The notes: generated by a model from the sequence alone, not told the origin. A DNA stretch of 64,000 bases from Eledone cirrhosa (GCA_964016885.1 OZ024741.1:63674001-63738000); one strand, 5' to 3'. Positions 41,903 to 56,454 are shown, numbered from the stretch's first letter. Program-made: numbers and translations.

Positions 41903-42885
41903 ACCCTTGTAATGCAGATACCACTACTATCTAAAAATATCTGAGTTCCCCTCTCCACGTCAATCAGGAACTTTCAATATTTTCAAAATTTAATCAATAT
42001 TTTCTTTGCACAAACTTTTACTAGTTTCTTTGAACGCTCCTTCGTCTTTATTTTTTCTTTCTCTATTTTTTTTTTCGTTGACCACTTCATGAGGGACGCC
42101 GGTCATGTGAACATAATTAATTTTAGTCAGAGCATATTCTTTTTTAATTGAAATGAAAATCAGAATACATTGTTACATGTGTAGAAATCAATCTCATACT
42201 ACATATGTGTCTGTACGCACGCACATGACCAGTCTTTCTATAGATAGTTCTAGAAGATCACAGCAAGAAGCACGATTAAGAAACATGCATGAAATGAATC
42301 ATAATGTTTTGTTTGAGCCTGAATAATTTGGTAGAATTAAAATTCTGCGTTGTTATAAAAAATCTTTCGAAAAGAGAGATTCCTTAATTATTGTTGAAAA
42401 CTTTTTGTCAAAATTGAGACGGGAAAGAAAATTGGATTATAGAACCTAACAGGAAATGTAAGCACCTATGAAGTTAGACATTTTAAATTTTCCAAATCCA
42501 CAGGTGTGCATGCGATCACTATAAAGATTATTAATTAAAATGTTAATCCAATAATTAACCAAATAGTTATAATAATTTAAATACCGAAACATCAAAGATG
42601 TCAGAATATAATCCTTCGAAGTTAATCAAGCTTCTTATCGTGTATGTTATTGGGACAATGTGCTATGTGTTGTCTTACTTTGGAAACGTTAAGGATATAA
42701 AATGGGATTAATAATGCGATAATTGTTTGTTGTTTTGTAAAGTTATGGTCTGTAGGACGAGTACGCAAGGGGCTCTGTCAACAACGAACCAACGTTCGAT
42801 GTTGACAGAATCTATTCACATCTTTAAATTGTAGGAATCAGTGGTGAAAACTTTAATTTTTGATTCCTTAAAAGTGTATATTATT

Positions 42886-43310
42886 CACAAATCCCGCTGA
42901 GGTTAACTTTGCCTTTTATCCTTACGGGGTCGATAAAATAAAGTACCAGTACTGCACTGGGTAATTGCTGGCCTTGTGCCAAAAGTAGAAACAATTATTC
43001 AGTATCTACACAGGAGTTGTAAAATTTGGAAATAAATAATAAACTAAATTTGGCTGTGTCAAACGATTGAATGGAATGAAATAATGTATTAACTGATCAG
43101 ATAATGAATCAAGTGAATTTTCAGTATAATAACTGTTTCTACATTTGGCACAAGGCCAGCAATTCACCAGTGTATTACTGGTACTTTATTTTATCGACCC
43201 CGTAAGGATGAAAGGCAAAGTCAACCTCGGCGGGATTTGAACTCAGATCATAAAGGGAGGTAACTCTATGCTTCAAAGAATGGCGCCCGACCCTCTACCG
43301 ATACTGCCAT
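42886..43310. mobile_element. Tail-to-tail SINE pair (42886-42999 plus; 43127-43310 minus)
   Basis: SINE cores on opposite strands, about 130 bp apart. Confidence 0.85.
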
Positions 43311-44297
43311 CTTTGCTTGTATTGACCTACATACCTCATACTTCATAAATTGTTTGCGTTTCAGAGGTATTTCTACGATTATGGCTTTTGAAAACATTAT
43401 CTTAGCGCAATCATTTCTCTAATTTTGTATTATTTCTTTGAAAAATGTTCAAAATTTTAATTTCTATAAACGACCTCCGTCGTTTACAAAGAACAGCGGA
43501 AAAACAAGGGATATGCAAACAAACAAAAAAGATGGTTTTAGCGTATTTAATAGCGTAAGACAAAGATATTATTTAATTAAGATTACATTTGAATTGATGG
43601 GGAAGAAACATTCGCCTCGTAATTAATTATGGTCAACAAATATACTTAAAAAAATTGAATGTGAGCAATGGAGTGGAGAGTCAGTCTGCACACATATAAA
43701 TTTGTCAACAAATAAAATAATATTTTAGTCGAATAAAGAAGCATAGACGTCCTCTCATGTTCTCCTATTATTACTAACCAACGATAAAACGCAGTTTTAT
43801 GTATTAAAAGACAGATAAGTTTCAAAAAGCCATTACAACGCGGTAGAAAAATACAAAGAGGAAATTATGATAAATAAAGCAAAACAAAGTAATGTTTTAC
43901 CCAATATATTTCAACACTATATTTCAAATGTTGAGCTAAAACAATTCAAAACAAAACGAAAGATTAATGTGTTCTTCCTTAACTGGCCTACGTTTCTGAA
44001 CTACCCTTGCGAAAGTCGTTATAGTAACCAGTGTACCTCGTGCATTTCCAAGCTATTATTTATCTGTGATTTTTTCTGGTTGATGATAATGTCCTCTTTA
44101 ATTCTTAAATTACCTATATTCCTTTCAGTCGCCTCAATGATGACCTCAATCTCATGGCTCCGGCATCTGCCAAGTTGATTTTAACAGAAAAAGCTCTCAT
44201 CGCCATGTGCCCCTAGAGCCGTATATGCAGCATCCGGATAGCACTTCCGATGTAGATCACATAGGCTCTCATGAGCACATACATATATATATATAAT

Positions 44298-44490
44298 TAT
44301 TAATTATTTCTACTTTTGGCACAAGGCCAGCAATTATCCCAGTGTATTACTGGTACTTTATTTTATCGACCCCGTAAGGATGAAAGGCAAAGTTAACCTC
44401 GGCAGGATTTGAACTCAGACCATAAAGGGACGTAACACTATGCTGCAAAGCATGTCATCCGACCCTCTAGTGATACTGCCAATCCACTGT
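44298..44490 (-). mobile_element. Full-length Deu/Nin-core SINE
   Basis: Same motifs as 18190-18383. Confidence 0.88.
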
Positions 44491-44663
44491 CCAAGTTAGC
44501 GATCAACCGAAACGGTTGATCGCTAACTTAGGACTGCTTTTCATTAGACGTGTTTATAAGATGACTTACGTTACTTCGTATGAGATGACATGGGATCAAA
44601 TGGGGTAAAGACGCTAGGCATACTATGCTTATTCAAGGGGAGTATATATATATATATATGTAT

Positions 44664-45475
44664 ATATAGAAAGGATGAATATAAAATGAAAGTGCTTTTG
44701 TTAAAAAAGGAATTTATTAGGTATTGACATATGTTTCTGTAACAGACCGAATACCTATGTATCGCTGCTTGCGTAATCATATAATGTTAGCAAGTATTCG
44801 AAAGCAAATGTATAATCAGTTGTCACTTCTTCAGAGATTTTGGATAAACTGGATAAAATCAGAAAAATTGAAGTATTTATATTAGTAAAAGAGGAAGGAA
44901 CAGAGGGGATAGAATATGACAGATGGTAAAATAATTTACTGCTAAACAAGTATATAATGGGTTTTTAATGAGAATACCATGAGTAAATCTAAATAAGAAT
45001 TTTGGGAGTGCCAATTTTAATCTCTACTTGACCAACTGGACAGTGGACAGGGCTGGTCATTTGGTGCAGTAGTATTAATTATAAAGTGTCAATTGGGGAA
45101 GGGGGAGATTTCGATTGCTACAAAATAACATCAATGCTAGTAGCCAGCTGGTATATGCACTAGGGAATTGAATCAAGAAATCAGAAATCTCATTTTATCT
45201 ATAGCAGTTTGTATTAAAAGGTAAATAATAGAAGAGTTGATAGAATTAAGACTAATAAAGAATGTTCATATCTATTTTGACAATCAAACGGGGATAGAGA
45301 CAGGCGTTCAATCCTGGTAGTATCCTTTTTTAACAAAAGCACTTTCATTTTATATTCATCCTTTCTATATTTCTCCCGAATATAATTTATACTCGTTGAG
45401 CAAACCTGCACGTACGCTGTTCATCTCTAACGTAACGATATATTATCACTACATTATTGATAACCTGAAATTTTA
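44664..45475. mobile_element. Fold-back Naiad pLTR (long inverted arm 44664-45315, short sense arm and tail 45322-45475)
   Basis: 44753-45315 is the reverse complement of 63436-64000; ~47-bp terminal inverted repeat AGAAAGGATGAATATAAAATGAAAGTGCTTTTGTTAAAAAAGGA. Confidence 0.88.
44722..44838 (-). ncRNA. Type-I hammerhead with ~90-nt helix II (copy starting at 63919, plus strand, runs off the window)
   Basis: CTGAAGA-aGTGACAactga..tcggtcTGTTACa-GAAA-catatg-TC; helix I is weak. Confidence 0.62.
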
Positions 45476-45529
45476 TATATATATATATATATATATGAGA
45501 AAAACCACAGACCCTCCATCTCAACTCTA

Positions 45530-45565
45530 CTTTTGAAAAGCAGAAGAACTGCGAAACCGGTAAAG
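45530..45565 (+). ncRNA. Minimal type-I hammerhead, U3-A8 variant
   Basis: CTT-TTGAAAA-GCAG(aagaa)CTGC-GAAA-ccgg-TA^AAG. Confidence 0.78.
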
Positions 45566-45729
45566 GAACCAAATAAATATATATATTTTTTTAAAAATAA
45601 GACTCCAGTTGCATTTTAGATTTCATCTTTTTTTCTTTATACATTCACTCGTGTTGGACATCTTGGTTATTTATCATTTTGTAAAAAAAACCTCACTTTC
45701 TAATATATATATATATATATAATATATAT

Positions 45730-45802
<73 letters not shown>

Positions 45803-45804
<2 letters not shown>

Positions 45805-46014
45805 TAAAATAACAGATTAAAGTTTAAGCAAAGAATCGCTGCTTTAACCCTTAACGAGATCTTTTGAAACCCAGAAGATCCCGTTAAGGGTGAAAGCAGC
45901 AATTCTTTGCTTAAACTTTAATCTGTTATTTTAATAAATATTTGCTCTACGGTTCTTATATATTTGATATATATCGAGCCTTCTTCGGATTTTAGTCTTC
46001 AAATTTATTATTAT

Positions 46015-46018
<4 letters not shown>
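45803..46018 (+). mobile_element. Short fold-back element with U4A HHR-like motif in (TA)n
   Basis: ~60-bp inverted arms plus ~85-bp tail; homologous to 21203-21377. Confidence 0.78.
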
Positions 46019-46072
<54 letters not shown>

Positions 46073-46178
46073 TGACTTGAAATATGGCTAAAGAGATATC
46101 TCATGTTTTCAGTTTACAGGGAAAAACGCGTTTCACATCTACGCAGTTTTGGTTACGTCTATTCTGTATATATACATG

Positions 46179-46293
<115 letters not shown>

Positions 46294-47829
46294 GTATATA
46301 TACGTTCCATACCTCTCTTCATTTAGCCTTGCTCATCCCACCCCTACAAACCAACCCACACTTCACCTTTTCACTAACACAACCTATAGAGACAAATACG
46401 AAAATCCAAACCTACCCAGACATATAGGAAAGGAAATGGACATTAAGATATACAAAAAAAACTCACATATTCAGGCATACATATAGGGAAAATATGCATA
46501 CACAGAATAAAGTATACAAACATAGATTCACGGACCCACGAATTACAGATACGCATACACGTTGAGATACACATGTTCACAACCGGATTCATAAAGACAG
46601 ACAGGCGCATCTACGCATAGGAACATATATGGTGGCTGCCAACTCGTTTACGAGTACAGCCACTACTTTATATCCATGTAGGAGAACCCCTACTGATGCG
46701 CTGAACGAGTGTGACTTTTTAGTCCAGCCAGCGACTTGAAAACTTTGGTACAAACACTACATTTGTGACAATTACTGACACATAGTGCTGGGCCCATGGT
46801 ACCATGTGATGACAAGTGCAGAGAGATCTCCAGATATAAAGCAATGCCTGTGCCGTGAAGCTTTTATAGTGAGCAAAGGCACTGCACAAAGCCAGTCCCA
46901 CTCTCTTAACCAAGATGATATTTACCAAAAGGAAGAACAAGTCAACATCATTGGATACCATCAGGGTTGCAGGTGTTATATCAGAGTTTTCCTTCTCCTA
47001 GAATTCTGCCTTGACAAAGGCTAAAGGGTCATCTCTCCCGGTGATTTTGGATGGCCATTGACTCTTAAGAGCTCCTTTGTCTTTGACAGGTTTTGTTTTT
47101 AGTCCTGCAGGATGTCCAAAGTCACCCTCCTCTCCAAGAGACCTTGGTGGGGTTGCCAGTTTAGTCGCCAATGACCCGACCATGAGACAGGAACATGTAC
47201 ATACACATTTCAATGAAAATTAAACAGATACTATATTTACACACTAAATCAAGCATAGAAACGTTCAATTACATACTTGGATGAATACGCGTACAAATAG
47301 TCAGACATTTAAAGTAAACGCATGAATCCATAAAGGTATATGATGCACATCAATAAAGCGAAACCTAGAAACTTCAAAGTATCCAGTGGCATGAACTGAG
47401 ACAATTAAATTAAAGAGTGAGATACCGAATTCAGTAAATTATTGAAATTTCAGTCGTGTAACTAATTTTCAAAATCCTTGAAATTCGTTCGTTTCAGTTA
47501 TTTGTATTATGTCTCATAACTGTTTAAAAACGCAGAATAGAGTTAACTAAAATATAAGGAATTATTTTTTTCTAAATTAAAAAATGAAGCTACCCACTGG
47601 TCTAAAAGGTTCAGAAGATTACACATGTGTATTAGACTACATATATTAAGAGTTGCCAATGGTCGACAAACAAATATCAGAGCTTTACCTTGTAAAATGA
47701 ATTCTTAATTTCTTGACATTATCTAGACTCTACCTTGGGAATGGCTAACAACCGCTGTTCGTTTATTTTAATTAACTTTCCTCGATTTTTAAGCATATTC
47801 CAATACACTCTTCTTTGCCCATATATTCC

Positions 47830-49385
47830 TGGAAATATCGTGAGGGCAGAGTCCTCAAACACGCCATCTAGTGGGTTCTGTCAGAGTCAACTGTCTCCAA
47901 TTGATCCGGCTGGATCCCCAAGGGTGACCAGCCGAGCTCATGGATGTTATGCAATCATCTTGCTCGGCGTCTACCTCTGGGTGTCCTGCCTGTTAGTTTT
48001 GCCCGTAAAATCTGTCCAGCGATTCTTTCCTGAGAAATCCTAACCACATGCCCATAGTGTCGGAGCTGTGACCTCTCAATTTGTAGAAATAGTGGCTCTA
48101 CTTGGAGTGACTCTGTGATCTTCGCGCTACATACTTTATCGAGTAACGTTACACCGAAAACCCTTTGGGGGAATCTAATTGCAGCCGCTTGTATTAGGAG
48201 TCGTATGCTTTCGGTCATTACCCAAGATTCAGGACCATTAGCTTAGCACGAATACCGAATTGAAGTTAACAACATCCATCTCCTTTCTCCTGATTACTAA
48301 TTGCTGAAGCTGGCGCATTACTGCAACAGCTTCTGCAATTCTTGCACTTAATTCCATCACTTGCAACCACGGCTCCGAGACAGTTGAACTTTTCCACATG
48401 ATTCAGTGGTACTCCACACACATTAGAGAGCATTGCACAGGCTTCCTTGAGAGGACGAGTGTCTCAGTCTTCAGAGCACTGATTTTCATTCCAGCCATGC
48501 AGCACTTGGCATCATGTGAATATGGGAGACCACCTTCTGATGAATTAAATAATTGTTTCTACTTTAGGCACAAAGCCAGCAATTATCCAGTACTTTATTT
48601 TATCGACCCCGTAAGGATGAAAGGCAAAGTCAACCTCGGCGGGATTTGAACTCAGATCGTAAAGGGACGTAACTATGCTGGAAAGCATGGTGTCCGACCC
48701 TCTACCGATATTGCCAATCCACCGCCCTCTGATGAATTAAATCATACTATGTCGTCTGCAAATTCCAGTCGACTGATCCTACACCTGCCACTCGCCATAC
48801 CACTTCCAATCTGGCTGCACATATTAATCATATTCTTAAAGATTATGAACAGGAGAGTTGACAGTACGCACCTTTGGTGTAATTTGACTCGCACATTGAA
48901 TGGTTTCGATTTAGCAGCATTCAACTGAATACACATACTAGGACATTCGTATAGGGACATCGAGGTAACAAGAAGCCAACCATCTATCCCATACTCTTAC
49001 AACACCTTTCACAGCTGGTCACGTGGGACGCGGTCGTTTGTCTTTCCGGGGTCTACGAAGCAAACATATACCTCTTGGCAGTACTCCTACGGTTTCTCGA
49101 AGACTTACTTCAGTGTGAATATTTGGTCGGCTGTTCTGCGTCCGTGGCGAAAACCACATTGTTCATCTGCTAGCTTCGACTCGACAATCTCCTTACACGT
49201 CTTTGTCACACATTTAGCATAGACTTTACCTAGGAATATTAACAAGCAGATCCCTCTATAATTGGAGCAATCCCACTTGCCTTTCCAGAGATCCAGGCTA
49301 CCAGACACATACGAGTCAGCCCGAGAATACATTAAAGCTGTTAACATCTCGGATCGAATCCAATTTATACGATTATACAACATCT
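47830..49385 (-). mobile_element. RTE-clade LINE fragment (RT and C-terminus), interrupted by a SINE
   Basis: KGKWDCSNYRGI, EQCGFRHGRRTADQIF, HQRCVLSTLLF, LEFADD, SQLRHYGHVVRI, RGRRRAR. Confidence 0.88.
48551..48727 (-). mobile_element. SINE inserted in the RTE with 15-bp TSD
   Basis: TCTGATGAATTAAAT at 48536-48550 and 48728-48742. Confidence 0.9.
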
Positions 49386-49460
49386 GTTTTAACGTTGATT
49401 TTATATATATATATGTGTGTGCGCGCGCGCGCGTGCATGTGTGTGTGTGTGTGTGTATGT

Positions 49461-49499
<39 letters not shown>

Positions 49500-50707
49500 T
49501 GTTTCTATGTGTGTGTGTGTTTCTGTGTGTGTGTGTTTGTGTGTATGTGCGTATTATTCACAAATACATATGTATGTGTGTGTGTGTGTAATCCTCACAA
49601 ACTGTTACCGTTATTCCGAGTTTCACGTCTCCGATTTTCAAAATGTTGGGAAGATTACAGCAAGAACAATCTGTATCAATATGTTATCGTAGGAAGAGGG
49701 ACCACCTCAGCTCTTTTCATTTCCATAGAATAAATACACAAACAAAATTGAAAAAAATATCACCGAAAAACTCTTTCCGGATAATGTTCAACAATATGTT
49801 TGACTTTTATGTTGGGCTTTGATTGGATGCTGACACATAATATTATCATTTTGTTTTGCCTGCTTAATTGAGCATAATGAATGGAGCAGATGGAAGCTGT
49901 GGATGTGTATGTTCCTCGTTCGTTATAATGAGAGAACATAGAAAAACAAAATATAATAAATCTTATATAGAATTGACATGTTCACATTTGTTAGGGTACA
50001 ATTCTTTTCTCGGGGAAGGCGAGGTGTGATGTTTCGAGCTGTATGATAAAGCCAATCAATATTATATTAATATGGAAGATATAATAAAATCGATCGATAT
50101 TACATTAATATGGAAAATACTGCATAAAGGTTCCGTGAAATGAGATATTTTAACATATTAATATATATACAACTCATTGACTTTCTCATACAACTTCTTT
50201 ACGAAGAAAAACATAACGATTTACACAATAATCTCCATTCATGTTTTCATGTATACTTTAAAGAGAGTTTCTGTTTTTCATTTGGTTTTAAGTTCTCTCA
50301 TTATAACGCAATGCTCCCACTCCACATCTCTGGCTGAAATATTCTTCTCTCAGAATAGAGAAGCGGAGTTGTCAAGGGGATTTCAATAGCAGGTGTGTAT
50401 TTTTCTATTACACTATATTTCGATTCACAGTTGGTACATAAGAGATTCCGTCAGTCTACGCATTTGTAACAGATTACAATACATAGATTGTTCATTAAAG
50501 AAATTTCAATAAACTTAAGTGAAATTTTACGAAATTCTTAATTATACATTTGAAATGTTCAGTAAATTTATTAATGTAATTAAGAGTTTTATTAGTTCTG
50601 CAGTAAAGATAGACTAGTCAGTACACAGATAATGAGATATAGAAAATTAATTATTCATTTATTATTTATTAGACTGCGGTCATGCTGGAGTACCGTTTTG
50701 ATGTGAA

Positions 50708-50850
50708 GGCGCATGGCTTAGTGGTTAGAGCATTGGGCTTGCAATCGAAAGGTTGTGAGTTCAATTCTCGGACCGGGCGATGTGTTGTTTCCTTGAGAAA
50801 GACACTTTATTTCACGTTCCTCCAGTTTACTCAGCTGTAGAAATGAGATG
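50708..50850 (+). mobile_element. Second tRNA-derived SINE family
   Basis: A box TGGCTTAGTGG, B box GAGTTCAATTC, then CCTTGAGAAAGACACTTT-type core. Confidence 0.75.
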
Positions 50851-51198
50851 ATAGGACTAAGGCCCTTATCATTAGATTACCCAAGACACATCCAACGAGA
50901 TATACCTTGGGAGAGGCCATCTAAACCTGCATAGGTGCGAGCTGTCGCACATACACACACCGTCTTGATTTAACAGATCACATCGAACTAATAGTTATTG
51001 TTTCATGTTTCATAATTACTTTATATTTCGCTTTTGATAAACCACTAAGTTCATAAACACACACATGTACACAAACCTAAATATAGACCCACATATGCAC
51101 GCACATTCATAGACCCCCCCCCCCCATAAGCATACACACGTATTTATATACATACACATATGTGTGTGTATGGGGATGTATAATTGTGCGTGCGTATG

Positions 51199-51230
<32 letters not shown>

Positions 51231-51397
51231 AAGAAAATGTTCGCTCTACATGGCTGAATACAATAAATGTAATCTGAGTTTTTCGAATATTAATAATAAC
51301 ATTCGATTCGTTTGCAATTATGCAAACAAGCCTCAATTGTATAGCCATGTCAGTAGAATGAACCCTTCATTCTTGCTCTTGTGTTGGCATGCGAACC

Positions 51398-51447
51398 GAA
51401 CTGCAGACACTAATGTTTCTGGATATCACCCTTCATCAGTACAGCTC
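51398..51447 (-). ncRNA. Type-I hammerhead ribozyme with 8-bp helix I
   Basis: GAGCTGTA-CTGATGA-aGGGT(gat)ATCCa-GAAA-cattagtg-TC^TGCAGTTC; lies in an element (~51230-51700) whose tail recurs at 56020-56075. Confidence 0.87.
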
Positions 51448-51510
51448 ACTGGTCACCTGCCAAACTGTCAGAGCTAGTGAAAATATATGCTATTTTCAAA
51501 AATACACAGT

Positions 51511-51612
51511 GACTAATCGGCCTGATTTGCATATTAGAGGACTGGCTGATCAGTCAGATCTGCATATTGGCAGATTCACTGATCCGCCAGATTTGCATAT
51601 CAGCAGACTGGC
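51511..51612. repeat. Three imperfect ~33-bp tandem repeats, each with GAT(T/C)TGCATAT
   Basis: Direct inspection. Confidence 0.8.
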
Positions 51613-52270
51613 AAAAAATAGCTCACTCACAAGCCACAAAGCAACACTACCAATATATTGAAAAATCAGGAGTGGAAATATTCAAAGGATTTATATCGAT
51701 ATAGAATATACTGTATGCGGTTTCAGTCTACCAAATTTTACTCACTAAAGTTTTTTTGTCCAATGTACTGTGTAGTAAAATCCTTACCCATACAGGCTTG
51801 CCTGCGCCTCTGTAGTGTCGTTAGTATCTGAATCAGTAGGTGAACTAGTTTCTGTAAAAAGAAGAGGGCATTTTTAATCATTTTAGTTTATTGTAGGTTG
51901 TGATTGGTTTTAGCAAACAATTGTCGCTGTTTATGCTTCCGTCAACAATAGGAAATACAGATTGCTCTAAAGTAGCGATAGATTTGACGAACACAATAAC
52001 TTTTATCTGCATATGCAAAGTGATAGATGGATAATCTATATACAACTAAAACTCTGTGATTGTGTGCTTGTCTCTTATTTAATACAGCCAAAACGGCGCA
52101 TAATGGGAAAAGACTTTGAAAGGAACTTGCCTTTGAAATGGGAATACAAATGGAATAAAATAATTTTCGCATAAATCGGAGGACGGGCTCCCGAGAGAGA
52201 GAGAAAGATATAGAGAAAGAGATAGTGGTTGTGAGAGAGTAGATTGAAAGACACCCGCATATACACACAT

Positions 52271-52349
<79 letters not shown>

Positions 52350-53175
52350 TATATATATATACACACACACATATATATATACACACACACATATATATGG
52401 GCCTTCCAATTTCATTTTACATTATATAAATGTATGTATATATTTTGATTATTTAAAAATGATTTTTAAGTGAACATGGTTTTTTAAATATTTTTAAGTG
52501 AACTGGTTACGTGTGGTCTAGTAATTATTAATATCAAACTCCGAAAGCTGAGGAATTACTTCATTAGGTATACGATTAAATATATAATTGGACATTATTC
52601 TTAACTCTAAATAGGATATTTTCTAAAATAATATTATTTACACAATTTATAGTTTAGTAGGGTTAAAACAGGAAGACGTTATTTGATGATTGCAGATATC
52701 GTTCAGGGCATTCCATGAAATTTTCATAAAATCTTTATTCAGTTTATTCAAATTGCAGTGAATATATATTACTTTATCCATCTGGTATAAGTTAGTATTT
52801 TTATAAGATGTATTTAGATTAAGAAAAGTTAAATCTCATACCTACGTAGGTTTAGTTCTCCCCCTATGATGTTGCATCTCTTAGCATGCTTCTCGGTTAT
52901 TTTAATCATAGGAATCACAATGTTATCATGAAAAGGCTACGTGAAATGAAGTGTTTCACAACGCAACACTCGCTCCGGGAATTGAACCCTTTATTTATGA
53001 TCGTGAGTCCACAAATGTTCTCAAACTTCCTTCAAACTGTTGCTAACGTATATTTCTTAAATCTAAAACGACTGATTAAATTGAAGAGAAATATATCATC
53101 TATATATAATATAAAAGAGAGATGTTTATTGATTGGTTGCACCACATGAAAACTACAAACACAAACACACGTGCC

Positions 53176-53230
<55 letters not shown>

Positions 53231-53323
53231 CTAAAGAGAGAGACACACACAGAAGGAGAAGCAGAAAGAGAAAGATAGTCCGTTATACAGAGAGAGATAC
53301 AATTAAAGTATTAAATATTGAGA

Positions 53324-53366
<43 letters not shown>

Positions 53367-53852
53367 ACGTCCCACAAAAGTTTAGAATCGGCTTAAACTA
53401 TAGATCCATTGATCTATAGGAAGGTTTAAAAATATGGCATTAGCTTTTAAGGCGTTTTACAGTCTTTGATTTTACAGAACAAAGAAAAATTGATGTTATT
53501 TGAAATTAATCTACCTTCCAGTTTTTAGCCATACTACATAGAGGCCATACTAACGAAGCTAAACACTTCAGAAGCAATGTTACGCGGTATATTGCTGCGT
53601 CTCCGAGGAGGTACTTTGGAGCTGAAAAAGATCATACTGACTATGGTTATTTCACAACATTTAAAATCTAAGACCAACGCTATAGTTTAATCGGCAGTGT
53701 ACTCCGCCCCAGCCTAATAAGAAAGTTTTATGATTGTTCTTTATGTCTCTCTCACACACACTCACGCACACACATTACGGTATCACATCACACTAGACAA
53801 CACATCCAATACAGTCGTTTTCTCATTTATCGATCTTCTCATTTATCGATCT

Positions 53853-53881
53853 CACGGTTGAAGCCGGGTACCTCAGCTAGT
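53853..53881 (+). mobile_element. Helitron-like 3' terminus
   Basis: Short hairpin CGGT(tgaa)GCCG about 10 nt upstream of CTAG followed by T. Confidence 0.55.
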
Positions 53882-54559
53882 AATATGTAAATGTGAATAT
53901 ATGTATGTGTCTGATTCAAGCAATAAGTTGCAGGTTTGCAATTAAGTAATTGTAAATATGCATATATCTTTAAAATGGGATGGGGGAAATGTAGCTTTTA
54001 CTGAAATTTGTTATTTTTAGTAACTAACCGAAAAAAAAAATTCTGTATTCCCCGAAGACATTAAAAATTATCCTCATAAGAAAAATTGTATGGGTAATAG
54101 AAATTATACGTTTAGAGTAATCATCTAAATTATTATATCATGTTTTCCCAGAAACATTTTTTAATATTTGCAAAATTATATTTTTGTATGTATGTATGTT
54201 TGTTTGTTATTTTTATAAAGCTCAAGCTAAACTTTCTTCTAAAATACCGGAATGCGATAATTGAAGGTAAATCAAAATTTTCCTGACCAAGTAAAATATT
54301 GTCGTTAGCTTTAGAACGCAAAGTATGCAAAACATATTGAATTTATATAATTGTCTTTTTTTATATATTTGTTCACTCTATATATAGTGGAAAAAAGGAA
54401 GTGAGGACGTTACCATACTTTATATACAGATCACGTCAAATAAGAAAAATGATTGAAAAAAGGATTTGAAAATGACATCTGGTATAAATATAAAAAAGAT
54501 CTTTATAACGTGCATAAAAATTGATGTTAGTTAAGCCTACTTTCTCCGTTTTGGATCTT

Positions 54560-55500
54560 CAAAACATTTCTTATTAGGCCATGCTGGGGCAACTCCCTTG
54601 TTGCGGCACATTCTATCTCCAGCCTGAGGAAGGTCGTTGCTGTTGCTCTTAGGTTACCTTCGTACCGTGCTGTGGGCTCATCCGGGATCCTGAATAGCAG
54701 AGTGTCAAGATGTTTCTTGAAGACATCCACGTCCACACCATGCAGATCTCTCAAATTTCTTGACAGCTTGTTGAAGAGTTGAGGGCCTTTGAACCCCAGG
54801 CTATTACAAAATCTGCTCCTTATTCTAGATGTGAAAGACGAGACGTCCTGTTCGGTGGTTGGTCCATTCAGCTCTCAATGCAAAAGTTCGGTGCTAGTCC
54901 CTCGAGGATTTTCCATATGTATATCATTGCGTATCTCTCCCGTCTTCGTTCCATGGAGTAGAGTTTCAGTTCTTTTAGCCTATCTGAGTGGCTCATCTCC
55001 TTCATCGGTGGCAATCCTCTTGGTGCAGCTTCGTTGGATTGCCTCAAGCTCCGTGGTTAGTTTGATATTATAGGCTGGCCACAGCTGGGAGCAGTAGTCC
55101 AGGCGAATTAGAATAAATGTCGTCCTTAGTATCGACATGGTCTCTCGGTCTCTTGTCCGGAAAGTTCTCAGGATCCAGCCAGTGAGTCGTCTGCACATTG
55201 TCGTCACACTCATGACGTGTGAAGAAAGAAATGCATCGTAGCTCATGTTAATCCCCAGTCTCGTATCGATTTCGACATGGGGATTTCGATCCCTCCTCGT
55301 CCGGTGTAGCTGTTATGTATTGTCTTTGTGTTTGCAGGTTAGTATTGTAGGGCTTGACATTTTCCAGCATTAAACTGCATGTTCTTGTCCTCGGCCCATT
55401 TATATATGGCATCCAGATCTTGCAGTAAAAGGGCAGCATCAGCCGGGTCTTTGATTGCCTATGCTACCCTTGTGTCATCAGCATAGCTAGTGAGGGATGT
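54560..55500 (-). pseudogene. CR1-group LINE 3' fragment (RT C-terminus)
   Basis: SYADDT, TGWILRTFRTRD, RLDYCSQLW, LEAIQR, FKKHLD..IPDEP. Confidence 0.85.
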
Positions 55501-55519
55501 TGTATGTACTACAGAGGGC

Positions 55520-56020
<501 letters not shown>

Positions 56021-56391
56021 TGCAAACGAATCGAATATTATTATTAATATTCGAAAAACTCAGATTACATTTATATCTATATATATCTATATATAAACTT
56101 ATTTAATTATACATTCTAACACGTGCCTCATTATCGAGTTGCGGATGATTCAATATCGAATATGATGGAGGTGAAATCCGAAAATAGGGATTATTAAATC
56201 GCTTCCAAGGTAACTCTATCTCGTGTTATTTTGTTTACACTTTCGTACGCTCTCTACGTTTATTTCTACACTTCCTCATACATCTCTCTCTCAATACCAC
56301 CTGATTTTGTTATCCGGAGATTTATCCATCTGCATTGTTGAGGCTTCCAAAACGACTAATTTCATTTATATAAATAGTATATTTACTATTT

Positions 56392-56454
<63 letters not shown>

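Noticed and set aside
50708-50780. tRNA gene
   Set aside because: A and B boxes are present, but the acceptor stem is poor and the sequence continues into a SINE body.
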